NCBI GenBank assembly: GCA_964016885.1
Contig: OZ024756.1
Location: 31,434,001 to 31,498,000 of the forward strand
Source: Eledone cirrhosa
Taxonomy: Eukaryota
Length of the DNA: 64,000 nt
Reading direction: 5' to 3'
Shown here: positions 58,421 through 64,000 of the stretch, in pieces
How positions within the stretch are numbered: the stretch's first letter is position 1
Layout: the number at the start of each line of letters is the position of its first letter
The notes under the pieces: generated by a model
The model's database searches: none
Seen by the model: only the letters and a program-made list of their open reading frames with translations
What the model was told of the DNA's origin: nothing
Program-made: the position numbers and the translations under genes

Positions 58421-60520
58421 TTACCGTATTTTTGGTAGAGGAGGGATGGTTTTTACATCCCTTTTCACTTGATCGTCTGGTGAAGGGACCGTTGAATCGT
58501 CCCTTCGGCTGGTCGTCGGCTCTTCTAAGAGAATGTCTGAATATACTCTTCGATTAATGGTTCCTCCTAGGTCCCTGAAATCACCAACTGCGTTGGGGAA
58601 TTTCGTTTTAATGTTTGTGTATTGTTTCTGTGCTATTTTTAGCAGTCTTATGTTAGTTGGCGTTTTGATTGGTGCTGGTATTATGTAGTCCTGTTGTGAA
58701 ATGTCTGTGTGTTCAATTATGTAAGTCATTAGTTTCTTGTTGTGTGTGTTTATTGCCGTGCATTTGTTTTTCTGGGGGTGGGGTGTGGTTCTGCTATTTT
58801 CTTGTCGTTGTTGCTGGGTGTGTGTGTTTTGTTGTTGTGTTTGCGATGTTGGTGCTTGTGGTGGTGGTGTTGAAGGTGTTGTTGGCGGTGGGGTTGTCGC
58901 CGGTGGTGATGGTGGTGCTGGTGTGGGTGGTGATGGTGTTGGTGGTGTTGCTGCTGTGGGTCTCTTTGCAGTAGACTTTACCCTTTTCTCATTTCTTTCC
59001 TCCCTTTTCAAAGGCGACGATGCGCTGCTTCTGCGTTTGTGCCTTCTTGAGACCTTTTGCCATCCCTCTCCCACCTCACACTCCATGTCTGATTCTGTAA
59101 GGTCGGGGAGGGGTACCAGCTCCACTCTTTCACTTGTTGTTGTTGGTGATGTTTGCACTGGAGTCTCTGTTGCAGCTGCATTTGGTATTGCTGTTGTTGT
59201 TGTTAATATTTCCACTGCTGCTGCTGTCTTTGATTTCCGTGGAGTGGGTATGGGTGCCACGGACCTATCGTTCCTGGTTGCCGCTTGTCCTGTTGCTGGT
59301 AGCCGTGGAACCGGATTCGGGAGGAGGGGGGTTTTCTCCTTTCTCAGGGTCTTCTCGTTGCAGAAGGCCCTGAGGTGAGTCTTCGATCCACAGCGAAAGC
59401 ATTTCGGGCGTTTGCCCTCAACACTTATGGGCAGTTGAGTGCCGTTATCGAAGTCTATCACATCCGGGATAGCTTCGATGCACTCCTGGTTGGTTTGTAT
59501 TAGCATCTCAATGGAGGAGCCGACCCAATCTTCTCTTACTTTTTTCTGTACTTGCAGTACAGTTGTTTTGTCCTCGATTCCGACGAGGACAGACGCGGCC
59601 AGCCAAGAAGGGGTCATTCCGGGGGGGACGTGGGTCAGTTTGACCCTCACAATTTTTTGCCCGCAGTAGGAGGGCACCAACACCATTTCCTCGCTCCTTA
59701 GGGTCACTACTGATTGGGCCTTTGCCTCCTGGGGTGTGGCAAAAAGTACGTCTACGGTGGCGTATTTTTTGCCTCGGGTGATGTGCGTTTTCCTCTGCCA
59801 CACAGACCCCAAGGCTTTTTGTATTTGGGCCTCTGTGGCTCTTTCCACCCTACGGGATTTTGTACTTACTGTACGGTACGTGACCGTACAGTGCTCTTGG
59901 GTTTCGAAAAAATTTTTCGCTGCCTTGCAGATTGCTCGGTGTCCGTTCTTTGTCACCATCTTCTTCGCTTCCTCTAATTCCTCATTTGTTATGAGGATTG
60001 TTTCCAGGTTTTTCGCAATACCTGCAAATGAGATTGGTTTTTCTCTGCTGTTGTTGTTGTCGTCAGAGCTGCTGGTACTTTTGTTGTTGCTGCAGGTACT
60101 ACGACTACTGCCTCCGCCGCTGTTGCTGTGGTTGTTGTTGGTGTTGCTGCTGCTAATGGTGTTGTTGTTTATGCTGCTGGTGATGCTGTTGCGGCTGCTA
60201 CTGTTGTTTTCATTGTCACTGTTGCTGTTGTTATTACGGCTGCTACTGCTATTATTCCTGACGTCAGACGAATGAACTGGGTTTTCGTATTTCCCGCACA
60301 CCTGTTTCGTCGCTGTCGTCGTCGTCGTGGAGAAACCTTGCACGCTTTGCACGAGACTTTTCTTTTCTTTCGTCGCTTGCGAAAGAGAAGGTAGGGAGAG
60401 AGACACATTTAAAGAAGGGAGGGAGAGAGACAATCTTCTCTCTCCTGTAGTGATGATTGAGGAAGAAGAAGACGGAATGAGTGGGAGTGACGTATGAAAT
60501 TTTTTTTTTTTGGTAGCCAT
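58421..60520 (-). CDS. ORF1: gag-like nucleic-acid-binding protein with CCHC zinc knuckle
   Basis: Open frame from ATG at 60520 (MATKKKKF); CFRCGSKTHLRAFC knuckle; Ser/Asn- and Pro/Thr-rich linkers; lies upstream of ORF2. Confidence 0.88.
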   Translation of the reverse strand: MATKKKKFHTSLPLIPSSSSSIITTGERRLSLSLPSLNVSLSLPSLSQATKEKKSLVQSVQGFSTTTTTATKQVCGKYENPVHSSDVRNNSSSSRNNNSNSDNENNSSSRNSITSSINNNTISSSNTNNNHSNSGGGSSRSTCSNNKSTSSSDDNNNSREKPISFAGIAKNLETILITNEELEEAKKMVTKNGHRAICKAAKNFFETQEHCTVTYRTVSTKSRRVERATEAQIQKALGSVWQRKTHITRGKKYATVDVLFATPQEAKAQSVVTLRSEEMVLVPSYCGQKIVRVKLTHVPPGMTPSWLAASVLVGIEDKTTVLQVQKKVREDWVGSSIEMLIQTNQECIEAIPDVIDFDNGTQLPISVEGKRPKCFRCGSKTHLRAFCNEKTLRKEKTPLLPNPVPRLPATGQAATRNDRSVAPIPTPRKSKTAAAVEILTTTTAIPNAAATETPVQTSPTTTSERVELVPLPDLTESDMECEVGEGWQKVSRRHKRRSSASSPLKREERNEKRVKSTAKRPTAATPPTPSPPTPAPPSPPATTPPPTTPSTPPPQAPTSQTQQQNTHTQQQRQENSRTTPHPQKNKCTAINTHNKKLMTYIIEHTDISQQDYIIPAPIKTPTNIRLLKIAQKQYTNIKTKFPNAVGDFRDLGGTINRRVYSDILLEEPTTSRRDDSTVPSPDDQVKRDVKTIPPLPKIR

Positions 60521-60733
60521 GTTTTTTTGTTTAAAATGAAATTTTGGGTACAAAACCCCAATAACTGGCTATTTAACCCCGAAGGGCCAAATAACGGACA
60601 GAAAGACCCCTCTCACGAGGAGGAGGGTGTCTTTATCAACAATTTGGTTCAAGTTTTAAACAATTTACAATTGTTTTAACGGTTAAAAATTACTATACCT
60701 TACAGAGCCGAGCCTCCGTCAACCATGGCATTC

Positions 60734-63700
60734 AATAATAATAATAATAATGATTTCTTTATTAACCACAAGGGTTTACATAAAGTAGACATTAAGGACA
60801 GTGCAGGACAATGCAGGACGGTACAAATGGGCATTTCTGCGTGTAAAAAAACAAAAACAGAGGATGTAACAAAAATAACAATGAAAATAACAATGAAAAA
60901 TTCCCCAATAGGGGGGAGACTTCGGAGGGACATTTGTGGAGAAAGCCCAGTAAAAAGCCACAATGACCCTGACCACCAAGGCAAGTGCCCTCTCCCAGTT
61001 TTCCACCTTTAGTTTACAGATATATACTCAGAGTCGGCCCATTCACTCGGGCCATTCTTGCTTCTCTCACCCATCTTTCAACAAAATGCTGGGAAGAGAG
61101 CACTTCCCTCTCTACTCTGATTTTCCTTTTCAAATGAAATTTGAAAAAGTCAATCAGAGCATCACCGAAGAGGTAAGTGCTCGTCTTCAGCCCTTTCAAA
61201 CGTGTCCACCATACTATCTCTTTCGCCATGGCCACCAGACAGATAAAAACTGCCTGCCCTTCCCGGCTAAAGGAGGAGGGCGGGGCAATCCTCACGATGG
61301 ACTCAGATGATAGCTGGATCCGTCCTAAACGCGACAGCAGGTGTTCGACATAAACCCACAAGTCAGCAATTTTCGGACACTGGACGAGTGCGTGCAGGAC
61401 GGTTTCGTCGCCCTGCGCGCATCTCGGACATGCCCGGCTGACGGCACCTCCATGCCTGTAGAGTTTATCCCGAACTGGCAAGGCTCCTCGGTAGCACTGC
61501 CAGGCCAGAGATTTCTGGAAGTTGTCCATAGGCCCTGGCCCGAAAGTTCTTCCGAAGAGATTGGCTAGTTGATTTTCGTCGACGCCTAGAGTTTCCCCAA
61601 GTACGTCGTCGCTCTTCCCCTCCACTAATCCTCTATAGAACGCCGAGGTGGAGTTTCCACCGATCACATTGCCCGATTGGTCGAGGGCTGTGAGCGCCTG
61701 AAGACATTCCAGTCTCCAGGCGCTCCCTCTCGGTCTTCGCTTGACCCAGGACTGCAGCTCCGTCAAGGAAACGAGCTGGGGAAAAACGCGTCTAGCAAAC
61801 GGCGACCACACCTGATCACCGTCGAGGAAGAGGTGGAGATGTCGTAGCCTGAGCGCGTGCCTGCGCATCATCAGCCACGGCATGCCCAGCCCTCCACGTA
61901 GCGGGTGTTGACAACAGATGGACCGCCTGACCATCGGAGCACGTCCCTTCCACAAAAAGCGAAAGAGCAAACGCTCCAGCGCAGTCAGGCGAGGCTTAGG
62001 ACAAGGTACGACGGTTAGGCGGTAGCAGATGACAGACGCGATGTACGCGTTAGCCACCTCCGCTCGACCTTTCAGGGATAGCTTCCTCTCCGCCCATTTC
62101 TGGGTGAGAGAAGCCACCCTGCTCGTCACCTCGTCCCAGTTTTTGTCCGTCTGGAGGTCCGGACCGAACCAGACCCCTAGCAATTTAACCGGTCCGTCCG
62201 TCCAGCGCCCGACGACGCTGTTGGACGGCATGGACCTGCCTCTCCAGGTGCCGAGCTGCAGGCCCACTGACTTTTCCTGGTTGATCATTGCTCCTGTCAC
62301 CGCTTCGTATTCTCTTAGTGTAGTGCCGATCGCCTCGATGTGTTTGGCGTTCGACACCACTACGGTGACATCGTCCGCATATGCTGACACGGATCTTCCG
62401 CATCCTAGTTCGCGCGGGACTCCCCTCAACGTCTCCAGTTTGTGCAGTAATGGCTCGAGAGTCAATACGTACAAGAGGGACGAGAGGGGACATCCTTGGC
62501 GGACCGAGCGCATGATGTTGAACGGTTCCGACAGGTGACCGTTCACTCTCACCACAGAGCAGATGTCGCTGTGCATGGCAGCGATCCAGCCTCTGAAGAC
62601 GGGCCCAAAGCCAGCCGCCCTCAGGACTGCCGCTAGGTAACGATGGTCGACCCTATCGAAAGCTTTCGACTGATCTAAATTGATCAAGGACCCACCCGTG
62701 CCAGGTTCCCTAGCTACCCTCTCTACGATGTATCGCATGAGGTGGAGGTTGTCGTGGATGGATCTGTCGGGAATGGCGCATGTCTGCGCCTCTCCCACCA
62801 GACCACCAACGACAAGCGCCAACCTCTTTGCTAGCACCTTGGCCAAAATCTTAAACTCTGTGTTTAGCAGAGTTATGGGCCGGAAATTGTCTATGTTATC
62901 CCCCTTGTTCGGATCCTTTCTCAGCAGTGCCACCGCTCCTCGGCTCACAGAACTGGGAATTCTCCCGTTCTGTTGCCAGTTGCAGTAGACGTCCGCCAAG
63001 AGGCCTCCGAACAAGTCTGGCATCTGTACGTAAAGTTCATAGGGCAGACCATCCAAACCAGGCGATTTACCCCTTGTGCAGCCAGTCATTGCCTCCCGTA
63101 CTTCAGCGGCTGTTATCGGCTTTTCGCAACACCTCGCCTCAGTGGCCGAGAGCCGCGGCAGCCCGTCGAGGTAGACACTAAAGTCCATCCCTCTACCCGG
63201 CCCCCCGCTGCCCCCGAACAGCTGAGCGAAGTGTCGCTGAAAAGCTTCACACATTTGCCCGGGATCGAGTAGCATGCGCCCGTCCTGGTCCACCAAAGAC
63301 CGGATCGTGGCTTTGTTGCCACGACGCGCCTCCGCCACTCGGGCCCATTGAACGGCTTTCGTCCCCTCGTGTCTGAGAGCACGCACCCTAGCTCTGACAA
63401 CGCAGCCTTCGTGCTTTGCATTGAAGAATTGGTCAAGGGCCAATTTCGCCGCAAGCACGTCGGTCGCAATGCCTTTGCTAAGCGCCTCGTCTAATTTTCT
63501 AACTAGTTCTCCCTCTGCTCTATTTTTCTCTATTGCTAAAGCCTTACTAAACCTAATCGATTCTATTCTAATCGCTCTTTTCAGAGCAAACCACCACTTG
63601 TTGTTGACGATGGCCCCCGTCAACGCCCGCTTAACTAGTTCGCTAATCCGGTCTCTGTAGGCCTTGCGCGCTGGTAAGGACGCGTTTAGCTTCCAGTAGC

Positions 63701-64000
63701 CGGGTCCTCGTCTATGAAGCCTATCTAAGTCAAGCACACAGGTCACGAATTTGTGGTCCGTGTAGCTGACTATCTTGAATTGTGGACAGCCTATGCTAGA
63801 CCTATCTATTTCCCTACAAAATACTCTATCTAGATATGATCTGGATGACCCTATGCGGTTTGTCCAAGTCCACATTGGCACATTCGGGAAATCCAATCGG
63901 TACCTGTCAGACAGTTCAAAACGCCTGAGCAGGTTGGTGAGGCTCTTGCACCCTCCACCCCTATCCGCTAATCCCACACAGTCCCAGCGTGCATCTAAGA
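60734..64000 (-). mobile_element. Tx1/L1-group retrotransposon copy 2 (continues beyond window)
   Basis: (ATT)6 at 60734-60751, then sequence nearly identical to copy 1 at an offset of 6048-6049 bp. Confidence 0.95.
61014..64000 (-). CDS. ORF2 of copy 2 (N-terminus outside window)
   Basis: Uninterrupted; differs from copy 1 at four residues in the provided translations (I/T, H/Q, K/R, K/R). Confidence 0.93.
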   Translation of the reverse strand, partial: LDARWDCVGLADRGGGCKSLTNLLRRFELSDRYRLDFPNVPMWTWTNRIGSSRSYLDRVFCREIDRSSIGCPQFKIVSYTDHKFVTCVLDLDRLHRRGPGYWKLNASLPARKAYRDRISELVKRALTGAIVNNKWWFALKRAIRIESIRFSKALAIEKNRAEGELVRKLDEALSKGIATDVLAAKLALDQFFNAKHEGCVVRARVRALRHEGTKAVQWARVAEARRGNKATIRSLVDQDGRMLLDPGQMCEAFQRHFAQLFGGSGGPGRGMDFSVYLDGLPRLSATEARCCEKPITAAEVREAMTGCTRGKSPGLDGLPYELYVQMPDLFGGLLADVYCNWQQNGRIPSSVSRGAVALLRKDPNKGDNIDNFRPITLLNTEFKILAKVLAKRLALVVGGLVGEAQTCAIPDRSIHDNLHLMRYIVERVAREPGTGGSLINLDQSKAFDRVDHRYLAAVLRAAGFGPVFRGWIAAMHSDICSVVRVNGHLSEPFNIMRSVRQGCPLSSLLYVLTLEPLLHKLETLRGVPRELGCGRSVSAYADDVTVVVSNAKHIEAIGTTLREYEAVTGAMINQEKSVGLQLGTWRGRSMPSNSVVGRWTDGPVKLLGVWFGPDLQTDKNWDEVTSRVASLTQKWAERKLSLKGRAEVANAYIASVICYRLTVVPCPKPRLTALERLLFRFLWKGRAPMVRRSICCQHPLRGGLGMPWLMMRRHALRLRHLHLFLDGDQVWSPFARRVFPQLVSLTELQSWVKRRPRGSAWRLECLQALTALDQSGNVIGGNSTSAFYRGLVEGKSDDVLGETLGVDENQLANLFGRTFGPGPMDNFQKSLAWQCYRGALPVRDKLYRHGGAVSRACPRCAQGDETVLHALVQCPKIADLWVYVEHLLSRLGRIQLSSESIVRIAPPSSFSREGQAVFICLVAMAKEIVWWTRLKGLKTSTYLFGDALIDFFKFHLKRKIRVEREVLSSQHFVERWVREARMARVNGPTLSIYL

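Larger units (their letters stand above)
54643..60733 (-). mobile_element. full-length Tx1/L1-group non-LTR retrotransposon, copy 1
   Basis: ~210-nt 5' UTR, ORF1, 35-nt spacer, ORF2, ~260-nt 3' UTR with AATAAA, (ATT)20 tail at 54643-54702. Confidence 0.93.

Noticed and set aside
60560-60640. HDV-like ribozyme in the Tx1 5' UTR (CUCCUCGU resembles loop L3)
   Set aside because: Could not build the P1/P2/P1.1 double pseudoknot; the segment folds as a simple hairpin.
55293-63660. Numerous short antisense and alternate-frame ORFs within the Tx1 copies
   Set aside because: Shadow ORFs of GC-richer coding sequence with no recognisable motifs.

Overview
Eukaryotic, AT-rich, extremely microsatellite-dense DNA ((TA)n, (CA)n, (GA)n, (GATA)n, (ACT)n, (AAG)n, (AAT)n). 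The repeat landscape and SINE sequences strongly suggest an octopus/cephalopod genome (inference). Most listed ORFs are simple-repeat artefacts and no host gene can be called with confidence; a few isolated candidate exons exist. Main content: (1) a head-to-tail tandem of near-identical, intact-looking Tx1/L1-group non-LTR retrotransposons on the minus strand (unit ~6049 bp, 54643 to window end) joined by (ATT)n; (2) three 5'-truncated relatives with the same 3' terminus that sit in (GATA)n instead, suggesting microsatellite-targeting Tx1 lineages; (3) short (TA)n-embedded elements carrying type I hammerhead ribozyme motifs (best at 1392-1471, minus) and long fold-back palindromes, resembling Penelope-like element termini; (4) a 40-copy 84-bp satellite amplified from inside a tRNA-derived SINE; (5) an RTE-like LINE fragment with twin-priming-type inversion; (6) many SINE copies, MITE-like elements and 68-116 bp minisatellites. 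All alignments and folds were done by eye.
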